Below, piece after piece: positions 38,024 through 49,482 of a stretch of 64,000 nucleotides of DNA. Where the stretch lies: NCBI RefSeq assembly GCF_039596235.1, contig NZ_JBCNKE010000008.1, forward strand, positions 125,946 to 189,945, in the 5' to 3' direction. The translations under genes were made by a program, and so were the position numbers. How positions within the stretch are numbered: the stretch's first letter is position 1; every line of letters begins with the position of its first letter. The notes under the pieces are model-generated. The model was not told the DNA's origin, searched no databases, and saw nothing but the letters and a program-made list of their open reading frames with translations. The stretch comes from Sphingobacterium sp. Its GTDB lineage: Bacteria > Bacteroidota > Bacteroidia > Sphingobacteriales > Sphingobacteriaceae.

Positions 38024-41000
38024 GATAACTCCTTTCCTCATCTTCATTTTTAATCGCAGTTGTTCTTATGGTATCCAAGTTTGTTTTGGGACTCGGCTGT
38101 TTTGACTGATTTTTGCCCGAATCCAATTGTTGTTTACGCTTTTCCTTTTCGCGTTCTTCAATACGTTTTCTATATTCCGGACTATGCAGCATCAAACTAT
38201 CTCTGATGACAGTTCTTACGCTATCCCGATAGACCGAATCCGTTTCCATACGTTCCACATTGAAACGTTTTCTGAAGCCTTTGCTGTCCGTATCATAATA
38301 CTCTTTGAGTTTTTTTGAACTCATCCAGATTTCTTTAAACTTATTATAATCCATATTGATAATAAAGCCGATACCGGTCTCGACATATTGCCCCTGTAGC
38401 GTTACCTGATATTGGTTTTTGCGATAGACGCGAGCAAAATAACGGCCATCTTGTGATAATTGATAATCCAGCTGGATGTCACCCGCAATATTATTGGCGG
38501 TCTCACCGGGCCTGGTATTGCCCTCAACCTCAAAATTGGAACCTATCGTAATTTTCAGGCGGTCATTCAGGAGCATTTTTGATACACCGATATTTAAGTC
38601 GGTTCGAGTTTGTCCAGCACCGGTTGCGTAATCCTGTTCAGATGTGAGGTTGAAATCCAGCTCTACACCAGTGATCAATTCCGAAGCTAAGCGGTTCAAT
38701 TGTCCACTAAGGAACGAACTGATGCTATTCCGGACGATAGCCTCGGTACCACCACCACCGGATAAACTTTCAAATGGATTTGTCGACATAAATCTGCCCA
38801 ATACAATGAGAGAGAATACCTGTTTATTGAGCTCTGATGGGTTTTCACGGAGGGTAGTCAAGGCATTGTTGACTTTGCTGACCACATCCTGGGACACGAT
38901 AGAGTTATTCTCATCCAGATCAATATCAAAACCCAATTGGGGTTGGAAGAGTTTGTCCGTGATTTTTAACAACACATTGAATGGTACGCGTTGTTTATAC
39001 AGGTTCGCGTTTTCAGATCCCAATTGTGTCGCAACCAGCTCTAAGGTAGGGGCTTTGGTCGTATAGGCTGCCGTAATATTGAGCCGCGCATCCAATGGGT
39101 CTCCGTTCCAGGTGATCGTACTTCCTTTTTGGAAGGTAAAATCTTTTTTCACGGGACCAAAACTAAACGAGTAGCTTCCTTTGTCTACCGTAAATGTTCC
39201 GGACAGGGTAATTTTGCTGCTGGCATCTATCCCCGCATTTAATTCCGCCTGACCTTGGATATTCAGCGCATCCTGTGAACCTGCATCAAGGAGAATCTTA
39301 AACTTCGCTTCCTTATCTGTCTGTAGGTTCAGATCCACATCCATTCCGGTCAATTTGGTAACAGTCATGGAATCCAATTTCGCAAATACATTTGCACGTG
39401 CTGTATCGCTTTTATCGACAAATTCGACCACTCCTTTGCGATCAGCCATACCTGGGTTCTCATTTGGCATCACAAAAGTGAAATCGGTATCACCAAGGAC
39501 CTTGATTGTTCCATCTACAACCGGCTTGTCCAGATTTCCTCTGATCCTGAGGTTGGATGTCAGGTACATCTTTCCATAGAACATGTCGTTGTCCGTCTGG
39601 GTGGAGTTTAAGACTTCAAAATTGTCCGTATTGACGTTGAAATTAAAATCAAAGTCGGTATAGGTCTTTGTATCTATCGAACCGGTAACTTTGGCAATAT
39701 TTCCTTTCTTATCCTCCAACGCAAATTTCGTGAAGTTGATTCCGCTATTATCAAAATGGATCGTCTCATCCTTTGCTTTGAAAAGAGCGTTCAACATAGC
39801 AATATTAAACTGGGCTTCTTTAAATCTGACATCACCATCGATCAGCGGTTTGGATGGTGAACCGGTAATTTTCAGTTGACCTTCAAGGTTTCCCTTTGAA
39901 TCTTTTAGATAGCCCAAACTAAATGCCTGCACCGTCTGCATTGTCAACGGCTGGATATCCAATGTGAAGTCCAGACTCGATTCGCCTTTCGGAGGACTGA
40001 TAAAATCTCCACTTAAAACGACATTATTGCCATTTTCGCTAATACTGATCTGTGCATTATAGGTGTTTTCTTTTTCATTGTTGACTTTGATATTCACATT
40101 CCCCACAGTATCTTTTCCAACATAGAATTTATTGATGACCAGATCCGAAACAAAAACCGGACTACTTTCCAGACGTGATATTGTCGCCTGTCCATTGATA
40201 CCACCCCCCAGATCTACAATATCGCTTTCCAGCATTTTACTTAAGGTTTCGATACGGAAGTTTTTAAAGGAAATATTTACCGGTGAATTCAATACGCTGT
40301 CCTGCGAGGATATATTCAATTCCTGCCCTTTACTGCTTAGGATAAAATCTTTTGCCTGAATACCGGTGCTTCCAAATTTAAGTACATTGGCAGGATTTAC
40401 ATTCCATTTGTCATAGTTCAGCATTAAGCCGTCTTGATGGAGGCTGAAAACAAAAGCGCCATTGTCTACCGCCATATCTCCGCCCAAATGGTACTGTTCT
40501 TTCTCTTTTTTATCTTTTATCCACAATCCAAAATCCAGGTTATTCTGAATGACGGAACCACTGAATACAGTATTGATAAGTTCGATATTGTTGACCTTTA
40601 TCTTATTGATCAGCGCCGAATAGTATAAGGTGCTGTCCAGGGTATTGATATCCAGCGTCACGTTATTGATTTCTGTTCCACTATAGATTATTTTTGGTGC
40701 ATCCAATTTGGCCAGAATTGTTTTGGTCTCACTATTAAACATCCCATCCAGTGTGATATCTTTCATCTCTGTCAGTTCTGGAACAAAATCCTGTACAAAT
40801 CTAGTCCGGGTCAACTGCGCCGAAAATTCGATATTCTGGGGTTCATATTTCGGCACCTTAACAGGTTTTCCGGGTTGATAATAAACTTGCAGAATATCTT
40901 GAACAGCATTTTGTAATTCCAGAACCTTATACTTCCCGACTAAGTGGGCATTTAAAAAGTCCGATTTTAAAAGGAGCAGATTCCTGCTAGTATCTGATTT

Positions 41001-43298
41001 TGCAATCAGCGATATACTATCCAATGAATAATAGGCATCATTGTAGGCAATAGAGGAATTGGTAATATGTGCCTCCCCATTTAAAAAATTGGGATCTGCT
41101 GAAGTAAAATGTCCCACCAACTTACCGTGGTATTTGAAATCGTCCTCCATCAGTTTCAGGTTTTTGAAATTGATGGTGTCCACCATCAATTCAAAATCCA
41201 CCTGCGGATATTTAGATTTCATATTGGCGGTAGCATCCAGCTTTAATTTAATATTGGGGTCAGGACTCACAACAGAAGCTTTAATATCTCCTTTGTCTGC
41301 GGTTAGATTCATATCGATATTCTGATAACGATAACCTAAAGCGTCTACGCGGTTTACTTTGCCGTCGAAATTGGCAACAAGTTTTTTGGGATCTGTACCA
41401 TGGCCTTTTAATTTTCCTTCAAATGAAAGTATACCCAAGGTACTATCCATTTTCATGATCTTACCAATATCAAAATCACGGATACTAACAAAAGCATCGT
41501 AGGTCGTATCTCTACCTGCCATGCTGACTTTCCCATCAAATTTGGCTGTTCCTTTTTCAGTTACCAAGGAGAGATTGGTATCAAAAGCAGTCATACCACC
41601 TTTGAAGGTTCCGGTCAATCCGATTGTATTTGGTAATTGCAGGCTTGCTGGTAACATACTTTTAGCGACCAATTTTTCAATATCCGAGCGGCCTGTCGTT
41701 AATTTTTTCAGATTGAGGTCCATGGACATCTTATCTACATTGGGTAGGCCCCTTAACCGCAGGCTTGCAACAACCCGTGTATTGGATAGCGTCTGGAAAT
41801 CGATATTGGGAATATTCAGGTCATTTAATTTACCCACTACTCGGCCATCAATATTAAACTTCTTGTCCATCAACGGTTTCATAACCTGCATTGTATCAAG
41901 GAACGGTGCAAAATAGTAAATGTCACGCATATCGACACGGCTCTTCTTGATTGTCGCATTGACGTAGATCAGTTCAGGTTTCTTTGTAATAATATCCAAT
42001 GAAGGATAGCTCACTTTGAGATAATCCCGAATGAGTGTACGTGGAGTCTCCGCGTATAGGTTTTTAATTTCTGCCCCCGTATTGGTATATTTAAAGTCCC
42101 CCTTAAGCTGTTTGATGACGAGGCCCGAGTGATCGGATGCGGTCAGTTCATGCAACGACCCACTGATCGAGTCCGCACTATAATATAAATCCGTTAAGTT
42201 CGTTTTTATTCCGGGAATCTTGATGTTGAAATAATCAAAACCTTTCATACGGGCTTGGTTGTCATCCCGGTAGGCTAGGCTGCTGTTGTTAACCGTAATA
42301 TCTTTGGCAGAGACAACCCACTTGATTTTTGTCGTATCAGCAGTCGTGTTGCCCTTTGATGGAGTTTTCTTGGCTATTTTACCAAAAAGCACATCATTAT
42401 CCGAACCATCCAGGTGGATGGTTTGAATATCCACCAGTTCCTTGTTTAAATCAATTTTGTTGATGTCTGCGCGGAGATTCTTGATGTTAAATTTGGTTTT
42501 AAGTGCACTGGATTGATCTTCATAGCGCACAAAGATATTGGCCAGATCGGCAATCTGTATCCCTACATCCGGCAGTAGGCTGGTCGTCTGTGCCGTCTTG
42601 TCTGTGATGCCAAAGTCTTCGACCGTAGGGCCCGTACCATCTACGACCGGTCGCCATTGTTTTACGGTTGCATTTAACCCGTCTATTTTTACCTTCGGTA
42701 GATTGAAGGCCATGTTTTTGGTCAGGTCAAATTTCTTGATATTGGTGTTTAGCGTACCTAAATAAACATCAGCACTTGTTCCAATAACATCATCCGCATA
42801 AACGATATGAAATTTATCAAGTTTTACTTTATCCAGATTGAACAATAGGGCAGAGGTCGTATCGGCAGTAGGCTTGCTCTCCTTTTCGGAGGCAAATGCT
42901 TTGACGATATAATCGAAGTTAAAAGAACTGTCCGGTAGTGTTCTGCGGATTTTTGCGGTCATCCCTTTTGCTTCGATACGCTGGATCTCTACCGTATTTT
43001 TCAATAACTTGAGCATATTGATATCGACGGCAATGCGCTGCCCAGCGACAAGAGTATCTTTGCTCTGGTCTTCCAGATAGATATCCTGTAATACTAATTT
43101 TTTGGGAAAATCAATATTGATGTAACCGATTTTCACCGGTGTGCCTATTTTTCCTTCAACATAGTGAGTTACTTTCCCTGCAATATAGTTCTGAACGGAG
43201 GGTATCCGGATTAAAAATACAACTAGAATAACCAGCGCAATGATTACTCCAATAATCCACAATATTGTTTTGAAAGCAATTCGGGTAAATCTGTTCAA
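38013..43298 (-). CDS. tamB: Translocation and assembly module TamB (DUF490)
   Basis: N-terminal TM anchor, long beta-taco repeats, FTFQKGSTITWNGDP, ELNKQVFSLIVLGRF; overlaps the TamA-family gene. Confidence 0.9.
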   Translation of the reverse strand: MNRFTRIAFKTILWIIGVIIALVILVVFLIRIPSVQNYIAGKVTHYVEGKIGTPVKIGYINIDFPKKLVLQDIYLEDQSKDTLVAGQRIAVDINMLKLLKNTVEIQRIEAKGMTAKIRRTLPDSSFNFDYIVKAFASEKESKPTADTTSALLFNLDKVKLDKFHIVYADDVIGTSADVYLGTLNTNIKKFDLTKNMAFNLPKVKIDGLNATVKQWRPVVDGTGPTVEDFGITDKTAQTTSLLPDVGIQIADLANIFVRYEDQSSALKTKFNIKNLRADINKIDLNKELVDIQTIHLDGSDNDVLFGKIAKKTPSKGNTTADTTKIKWVVSAKDITVNNSSLAYRDDNQARMKGFDYFNIKIPGIKTNLTDLYYSADSISGSLHELTASDHSGLVIKQLKGDFKYTNTGAEIKNLYAETPRTLIRDYLKVSYPSLDIITKKPELIYVNATIKKSRVDMRDIYYFAPFLDTMQVMKPLMDKKFNIDGRVVGKLNDLNIPNIDFQTLSNTRVVASLRLRGLPNVDKMSMDLNLKKLTTGRSDIEKLVAKSMLPASLQLPNTIGLTGTFKGGMTAFDTNLSLVTEKGTAKFDGKVSMAGRDTTYDAFVSIRDFDIGKIMKMDSTLGILSFEGKLKGHGTDPKKLVANFDGKVNRVDALGYRYQNIDMNLTADKGDIKASVVSPDPNIKLKLDATANMKSKYPQVDFELMVDTINFKNLKLMEDDFKYHGKLVGHFTSADPNFLNGEAHITNSSIAYNDAYYSLDSISLIAKSDTSRNLLLLKSDFLNAHLVGKYKVLELQNAVQDILQVYYQPGKPVKVPKYEPQNIEFSAQLTRTRFVQDFVPELTEMKDITLDGMFNSETKTILAKLDAPKIIYSGTEINNVTLDINTLDSTLYYSALINKIKVNNIELINTVFSGSVIQNNLDFGLWIKDKKEKEQYHLGGDMAVDNGAFVFSLHQDGLMLNYDKWNVNPANVLKFGSTGIQAKDFILSSKGQELNISSQDSVLNSPVNISFKNFRIETLSKMLESDIVDLGGGINGQATISRLESSPVFVSDLVINKFYVGKDTVGNVNIKVNNEKENTYNAQISISENGNNVVLSGDFISPPKGESSLDFTLDIQPLTMQTVQAFSLGYLKDSKGNLEGQLKITGSPSKPLIDGDVRFKEAQFNIAMLNALFKAKDETIHFDNSGINFTKFALEDKKGNIAKVTGSIDTKTYTDFDFNFNVNTDNFEVLNSTQTDNDMFYGKMYLTSNLRIRGNLDKPVVDGTIKVLGDTDFTFVMPNENPGMADRKGVVEFVDKSDTARANVFAKLDSMTVTKLTGMDVDLNLQTDKEAKFKILLDAGSQDALNIQGQAELNAGIDASSKITLSGTFTVDKGSYSFSFGPVKKDFTFQKGSTITWNGDPLDARLNITAAYTTKAPTLELVATQLGSENANLYKQRVPFNVLLKITDKLFQPQLGFDIDLDENNSIVSQDVVSKVNNALTTLRENPSELNKQVFSLIVLGRFMSTNPFESLSGGGGTEAIVRNSISSFLSGQLNRLASELITGVELDFNLTSEQDYATGAGQTRTDLNIGVSKMLLNDRLKITIGSNFEVEGNTRPGETANNIAGDIQLDYQLSQDGRYFARVYRKNQYQVTLQGQYVETGIGFIINMDYNKFKEIWMSSKKLKEYYDTDSKGFRKRFNVERMETDSVYRDSVRTVIRDSLMLHSPEYRKRIEEREKEKRKQQLDSGKNQSKQPSPKTNLDTIRTTAIKNEDEERSYHVG

Positions 43299-43615
43299 CG
43301 TATAATTTGATTTAAGTATCTATTAATAAAAATTAAAACGGAAAAAAGTTTGCAAAGTTTTTCAGATATTAACTTATATCGCCGCCATATCAGCAAACTA
43401 AGATAAATTTGCTTGTATATGCAAGTTTAATTTGTGCAACATATGTCGACAAATTTTAAACAATTTTCCAACCATCCCTAAAAACATTGTTAGTGAAGGG
43501 ATAATCTATAAAACACATCAAATAATTGACCAAACCATTTTTGGAGTATAAAGTTTTTTGTTTTTTAATTTTATGCTAACAAAAGCACGCGATATCGATC
43601 AATTTGTCAACGCCA

Positions 43616-43990
43616 TTATTCCATTAGCTTTTTGTATTTTCCCCAATTTTCAAAGATCACCCATAACCAAATGATGAAAAGTACAGCCCAGATAATTAAT
43701 CCGACTTGGCTATAGAAAATCATATTATGTGTGAAAATGCCAATTAGGATTGGAAAGATAACCAATGCGCCTACTGTTCTGGTCTTCGGGAGAATGAACA
43801 ATAAGCCACCGAGGATTTCAATGATCCCCACCAGCGGCATTAGCCATTTTATGGTGCCGAAAGCTTGAAATACCTTCTGCATATCCATGTCCATTGGAGG
43901 AACAGGCATATAATGAAGGAGCTTATCTAGACCAGCATTGATAAAAAGTAGGCCAAATAATGCGCAAAGGATATTCTTAATGGTTTTCAT
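43616..43990 (-). CDS. DoxX-family membrane protein (start reassigned to ATG 43990)
   Basis: LFINAGLDKL, IEILGGLLFILP; 4 TM segments. Confidence 0.85.
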   Translation of the reverse strand: MKTIKNILCALFGLLFINAGLDKLLHYMPVPPMDMDMQKVFQAFGTIKWLMPLVGIIEILGGLLFILPKTRTVGALVIFPILIGIFTHNMIFYSQVGLIIWAVLFIIWLWVIFENWGKYKKLME

Positions 43991-44012
43991 AATCGTAAAT
44001 TTTAAGATCGGA

Positions 44013-44315
44013 TTAATTGACAGTGATTGTTGTTGGCGGTTCTGCGGAATCATCCGGTTTTTCCGCCTCTTTCTTTTCGCTGTTTCGTTCCACCGTGATT
44101 GTACATTCGGTGAGCAAAGCTGCCACTGCACCAATGGCAGCAAATACCGGTGCTAAAATCAGTCCTATTGCGCCGACAGTAACCGGAAAACTCATGATCT
44201 CTTTGCCATGTTTGTCTGAAATACTGATTTTATTCACATTACCCTCTGCAATGATTTCTTTGATCTTTTGTAAAAGGTTTTCACCATTGATTTGAAATGT
44301 CTCCTTGAATCCCAT
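44013..44315 (-). CDS. DUF4342-family protein (start reassigned to ATG 44315)
   Basis: KIKEIIAEGNVNKI, FPVTVG, GAVAALLTECTITVER. Confidence 0.85.
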   Translation of the reverse strand: MGFKETFQINGENLLQKIKEIIAEGNVNKISISDKHGKEIMSFPVTVGAIGLILAPVFAAIGAVAALLTECTITVERNSEKKEAEKPDDSAEPPTTITVN

Positions 44316-44588
44316 ATTGTTATAATTTAAGTTCGCTCTTATAAAGTTATTCATTTTTTTACAGGAATTCCTATAAAGTTAAAAATCAACAGTTAGCAAG
44401 GACACAATATTTATCATTCCTAGGAATCATGTATGGAGATGAGAGTGAAAAAACGAAACCTCACAAAAGTGAATATAACCTGTTGATGATTGAAATGGCA
44501 TAGTATGACATACGAATAGATTTAAAGAAAATAGGGGCTGCCCGATTTTTTTCGAACAGCCCCTATGGAAACATATCGTCTGTATCTT

Positions 44589-47225
44589 TTAAGCTAAAGT
44601 GGCTAAACTATCCTGAAGAATCTTGATTTTAGCTTCTGCATCGGCTTTCTTACTTTTTTCGTTTTCTACGATTTCAGGTTTTGCATTTTGCACAAAACGT
44701 TCATTGGAAAGTTTTTTGTCTACAGAGATTAAGAATCCCTCCAGGTACGCCAACTCTTTTGTAATACGTTCGCGCTCCGCTTCAACATCGACATTGTTCT
44801 CTAGAAGGACATAACATTCATCCTTACCCGCAAGGAAACTTGTTGCACCAGGTACTTTTTCCGTAACAAATGTGACTGCCTCCAGGTTGGCAATTTTCGT
44901 GATGATCGCGATGTACTGTGCAAGGTCGGTGTCAGACTGTTGGTTGATCGCTAAAGGTAAGGCAACTTTCGGTGAGATACCTTTCGAGTTGCGGATATTA
45001 CGAACTTCAGAAATGATCTGTTGTGCAATAGCAAAATCTTTGATGATCTGCTCATCAAATGCGCTGACTTTTGGAAATTCAGCGACAATGATACAGTCTT
45101 TTTTCTCTTTTGCACCGAACAGCTCATCATGCCACAGTTCCTCGGTTAAGAAAGGCATAAAAGGATGTACAAGTGTCAATATACGTTGGAAGAAAGATTT
45201 GACCACTTCCAAAGTTTCCGAAGCTATTGGCGAACCATAAGCTGGTTTGACCAACTCCAGGTACCAGGCACAGAAATCATCCCATACCAATTTATAGGTT
45301 GTCATCAAAGCATCCGATAAACGATAATGCTTGAAGTTTTCTTCAATTTCAGTCAATGCTTGATTGAATCGTGCGTCAAACCATGCAGCGGATATTTTGT
45401 CTGACGCTGATGCCGGCGCATCGATAACCTCTAGGCCTTTTACCAAACGGAATGCATTCCAGATTTTGTTAGCAAAGTTACGCCCTTGCACACACAGTTC
45501 AACATCAAATGGTAAGTCATTTCCAGCAGGTGCCGTCAATAACATCCCCATCCGGGTAGCGTCAGCACCATACTCATTCATCAAATCAATAGGATCAGGT
45601 GAATTGCCCAAAGATTTTGACATCTTACGTCCTAACTTGTCCCGTACAATACCGGTAAAATAGACATTTTCGAAAGGGAGCTGTCCACGGAATTCATAAC
45701 CCGATACAATCATACGCGCGACCCAGAAGAAAATAATATCCGGAGCAGTAACCAAATCCTGTGTAGGATAATAGTAGTTGATTTCCGCATTTTCAGGTTC
45801 ATTGATGCCATTAAATACAGATATTGGCCACAACCAAGCTGAAAACCAAGTGTCAAGCACATCTTCATCCTGACGTAAATCCGAAAGTGTTAGGTTTGCG
45901 TTGCCTGATTTTTGTTGTGCCAATGCAAGCGCTTCTTCAACAGTTTGCGCAACGACAAAATCCTCGTTACCATCACCGTAGAAATAAGCTGGTATCTGGT
46001 GCCCCCACCACAGTTGTCTCGAAATATTCCAATCAGTAACATTTTCCATCCAATTGCGGTAGATGTTTTTGAATTTCGTCGGATGAAATTTAATGGTATC
46101 ATCCATGACATTATCCAAAGCCGGTTTTGCCAGATCTTCCATTTTCAAGAACCATTGGTTAGAAATCTTAGGCTCGATAACAGCACCGGTTCTTTCAGAT
46201 GTTCCGACATTATTGGTATAGTTTTCGACTTTTTCCAATAATCCTTTTTCTTCCAGTTCTTTTTCGATTTCTTTACGTACTTTAAAGCGATCCATGCCAG
46301 CATAATGTAAGCCGTTGTCGTTTAATTTCGCTTCGTCGGTAAAGATATCCACAAATTCCAGATCGTGCTTTTTACCCAATGCGTAGTCATTCACATCGTG
46401 CGCCGGAGTTACTTTAAGACAGCCGGTACCAAATTCAAGATCCACATACTCGTCTTCAATGATATTCACTTTACGTCCTACAATAGGCACGATCACTTGT
46501 TTTCCTTTCAACCAGGTGTAGCGTTCGTCGTTTGGATTGATACATACTGCTGTGTCACCAAAGATCGTTTCAGGACGCGTCGTCGCAACGACAATATATT
46601 TGTCCGTTCCTTCAACCTGATATTTCAGATGGTATAATTTTCCGTTCTTTTCCTTGTAAACAACTTCTTCGTCTGAAATATTGGTTTTTGCTTCCGGATC
46701 CCAGTTAACCATGCGGTAACCACGATAGATTAATCCCTTATTGTACAGGTCAACAAATACTCGGATCACGGATTGATATAATTCAGGGTCCATGGTAAAA
46801 CGGGTGCGATCCCAATCACAGGAAGCACCTAGTTTTTCCAGCTGCTTTAAGATAATGCCACCATATTTTTCTTTCCATTCCCAAGCATGCTTTAAAAAAT
46901 CCTCACGGGATAGGGATCTTTTGTCAATACCTTGCTCCTTTAACATAGCGACGACCTTAGCTTCAGTGGCAATGGAGGCGTGATCTGTCCCCGGTACCCA
47001 ACAGGCGTTTTTGCCCTGCATACGTGCGCGGCGAATCAAAACGTCCTGAATAGTATTGTTCAGCATATGGCCCATGTGCAATACGCCAGTGACATTCGGT
47101 GGCGGCATTACAATCGTATAGGGTTCACGTTCATCAGGAGTGGAACGGAAAAATCCGTTCGCTTTCCAATAGCTGTACCATTTTTCTTCAGCTTCTTTTG
47201 GATTGTAAGTTTTCGCTATGCTCAT
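44589..47225 (-). CDS. valS: Valyl-tRNA synthetase (start reassigned to ATG 47225)
   Basis: [31 protein letters not shown]-terminal coiled coil; TACTTTTG promoter at 47258-47265. Confidence 0.98.
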   Translation of the reverse strand: MSIAKTYNPKEAEEKWYSYWKANGFFRSTPDEREPYTIVMPPPNVTGVLHMGHMLNNTIQDVLIRRARMQGKNACWVPGTDHASIATEAKVVAMLKEQGIDKRSLSREDFLKHAWEWKEKYGGIILKQLEKLGASCDWDRTRFTMDPELYQSVIRVFVDLYNKGLIYRGYRMVNWDPEAKTNISDEEVVYKEKNGKLYHLKYQVEGTDKYIVVATTRPETIFGDTAVCINPNDERYTWLKGKQVIVPIVGRKVNIIEDEYVDLEFGTGCLKVTPAHDVNDYALGKKHDLEFVDIFTDEAKLNDNGLHYAGMDRFKVRKEIEKELEEKGLLEKVENYTNNVGTSERTGAVIEPKISNQWFLKMEDLAKPALDNVMDDTIKFHPTKFKNIYRNWMENVTDWNISRQLWWGHQIPAYFYGDGNEDFVVAQTVEEALALAQQKSGNANLTLSDLRQDEDVLDTWFSAWLWPISVFNGINEPENAEINYYYPTQDLVTAPDIIFFWVARMIVSGYEFRGQLPFENVYFTGIVRDKLGRKMSKSLGNSPDPIDLMNEYGADATRMGMLLTAPAGNDLPFDVELCVQGRNFANKIWNAFRLVKGLEVIDAPASASDKISAAWFDARFNQALTEIEENFKHYRLSDALMTTYKLVWDDFCAWYLELVKPAYGSPIASETLEVVKSFFQRILTLVHPFMPFLTEELWHDELFGAKEKKDCIIVAEFPKVSAFDEQIIKDFAIAQQIISEVRNIRNSKGISPKVALPLAINQQSDTDLAQYIAIITKIANLEAVTFVTEKVPGATSFLAGKDECYVLLENNVDVEAERERITKELAYLEGFLISVDKKLSNERFVQNAKPEIVENEKSKKADAEAKIKILQDSLATLA

Positions 47226-47432
47226 TTTAAATTTTATATACAAATTTTTAAGGAATACAAAAGTAAGGAATTCTACGTTATTTTCCTTGTTATCATTGAT
47301 CTTGTTATTGATGGTAGATCAAAACCTCCACACTCATATCTCAATATTTGATACTCAGATCTTAATACTTTTTTAATCTTTTCTTCATATTACTAGTTGG
47401 TTAGCCTAGTTTTAATGTAAATTAATGTAAAT

Positions 47433-49343
47433 TTGCCTGTTTTATTTTTACACGAAGGGATGCAACGATTTGCGAACGAACTTAGAGCGTTAACACAATA
47501 TTTTTTGTTTTGGCTAATTATCTGTTTTATAGATAGATTTATTTTTATTTCTGCTTTTTTTGAGAAAATAGGAACTGCTCATTTCACGGAGATTTTTAGA
47601 ATATATTTTCATGGATTAAGCCTTGATTTTTCGGCGGTATCCTATATCTGTGCTCTTCCCTTTCTTGTTTATTGTATTCTTGGATTTTTCCCAAAGATTC
47701 AGCCCCGACGCACCATCCTTGATATTTACACGATAGTTGTATTGGTTTTATTTTTTGTGACGAGTTTTATCAATGTCAATATCTATCGGGAATGGGGAGA
47801 TAAAATATCTAAGCGTGCGATAGATGCCTTTCTTGCTTCACCATCTGGCGCAGTAGCTTCCGCGGAATCTACACCGGTTTTTTTCCCGATCCTGGGGATG
47901 TTAGTGGGGATATGCTGTGGATATTTTCTCTACCGCTGGATGTTCAAGAAAGTATATTTCTATAATCTCAAATCAGCGCTTGGTAACTTTCTGAAACTGG
48001 CCCTTGGAGTTTTTGTTCTCTTCACCTTTATCCGTGGTGGTTATGGTCGTGCGACTCTAAATCCAAGTAAGGCCTATTATTCTGAGGTTACTTTCTATAA
48101 TCACGCTGCTGTGAATACCCAATGGTCGCTTCTGCGCGACTTTTTCACCAAGAGTACAAAACTGAAAAGCCCTTATGATTTCTATGGCTCGGATAAACAG
48201 GGAATCCAGGAACTCCTGAAGCCTGCATTCCAGAGTCAGCCCGATTCATCGATTGAAGTGTTATCCACCACACGCCCCAATGTCGTAATTATTATGCTGG
48301 AAAGTTTTGTTGGTGACCTTATCCAATCGTTGGGCGGGGAGAAGGGAATTACCCCACATATGGAAGAACTGATCAAAGGCGGAATTTTATTTGATCATAT
48401 CTATTCCGCAGCTGACCGCTCGGATAAGGGAATGGTCGCCATACTGAGCGGATTCCCTGCACAGGGGCCCGAAAGTATCATTAAATATATCGACAAACAC
48501 GAAAATATGCCCGCTATTGGTCAAGAATTTGATCATGCAGGCTACGAAACCTCTTTTTATCATGGCGGACAAAGTGAATTTTATAATTTCAAGTCCTATA
48601 TGTTGACACATGGTATTTCCAAAGTAGTGGATAACGCTAACTTTGGCCTGGATGCTGAGCGGGCTTCCTGGGGAGTTTACGATCATGTGGTCTTCAATCA
48701 GATGATCAATGATTTTAACAAAGAGAAACAGCCTTTTTTCTCAACCATATTTACGCTGATCAATCACGAACCATTTGAATTAAAGCATGGTTATAAATTT
48801 GGCAGTAGCACCAATGCCGATAAATTCCGAAGTACGGCGAACTACACGGACTCAGCTGTTTTTGATTTTATTGGTAAAGCCAAGAAAGAAGCCTGGTACA
48901 AGAATACACTTTTTGTGATTGTAGCAGATCACGGCCATCGTTTACCATCGGAAAAGTGGGAACTTTTCCATCCGAATAGATTTCATATCCCGTTGCTCTT
49001 TTTCGGAGACGTGATCAAACCTGAATATCGGGGTAAAATCTTTAATCGCATCGGAAACCAGACTGATTTAGCAACAACACTGTTGACACAATTGAAACTT
49101 CCGACCAGCAGGTACCATTGGAGTCGCGATTTATTTAATCCAACGACGCCACAGATTGCTTTTTATAATTCCAAAGATGCTTTCGGTGCCGTTACACCGC
49201 AGCAGTCGGTATCTTTTGATAATGTTGGCCGGATCATTAATTATAGATCCAATAAAGAATACCCCGCTGCCAAAACAGATAGTATATTGAATATTGCAAA
49301 AGCATATTATCAGCAGGTTTATAGTGAATTTCTAAAATATTAA
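47433..49343 (+). CDS. LTA synthase-family / sulfatase-fold membrane protein 1
   Basis: 5 N-terminal TM segments; PNVVIIMLESF, DRSDKG, TLINHEPF, VADHG; start may be ATG 47460. Confidence 0.88.
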   Translation: MPVLFLHEGMQRFANELRALTQYFLFWLIICFIDRFIFISAFFEKIGTAHFTEIFRIYFHGLSLDFSAVSYICALPFLVYCILGFFPKIQPRRTILDIYTIVVLVLFFVTSFINVNIYREWGDKISKRAIDAFLASPSGAVASAESTPVFFPILGMLVGICCGYFLYRWMFKKVYFYNLKSALGNFLKLALGVFVLFTFIRGGYGRATLNPSKAYYSEVTFYNHAAVNTQWSLLRDFFTKSTKLKSPYDFYGSDKQGIQELLKPAFQSQPDSSIEVLSTTRPNVVIIMLESFVGDLIQSLGGEKGITPHMEELIKGGILFDHIYSAADRSDKGMVAILSGFPAQGPESIIKYIDKHENMPAIGQEFDHAGYETSFYHGGQSEFYNFKSYMLTHGISKVVDNANFGLDAERASWGVYDHVVFNQMINDFNKEKQPFFSTIFTLINHEPFELKHGYKFGSSTNADKFRSTANYTDSAVFDFIGKAKKEAWYKNTLFVIVADHGHRLPSEKWELFHPNRFHIPLLFFGDVIKPEYRGKIFNRIGNQTDLATTLLTQLKLPTSRYHWSRDLFNPTTPQIAFYNSKDAFGAVTPQQSVSFDNVGRIINYRSNKEYPAAKTDSILNIAKAYYQQVYSEFLKY

Positions 49344-49482
49344 CCTGATAAAATACCTCTTGTATAAGAAGCGAAAATGTTCGAGGAATATAAGGGGCAG
49401 ATGACTTTTAAATTTCCCTAGGTAATAGGAAGACCTTAAAAAAGGGGGAAAATGAACTGATGAATAAATAAACTGTTTACAT

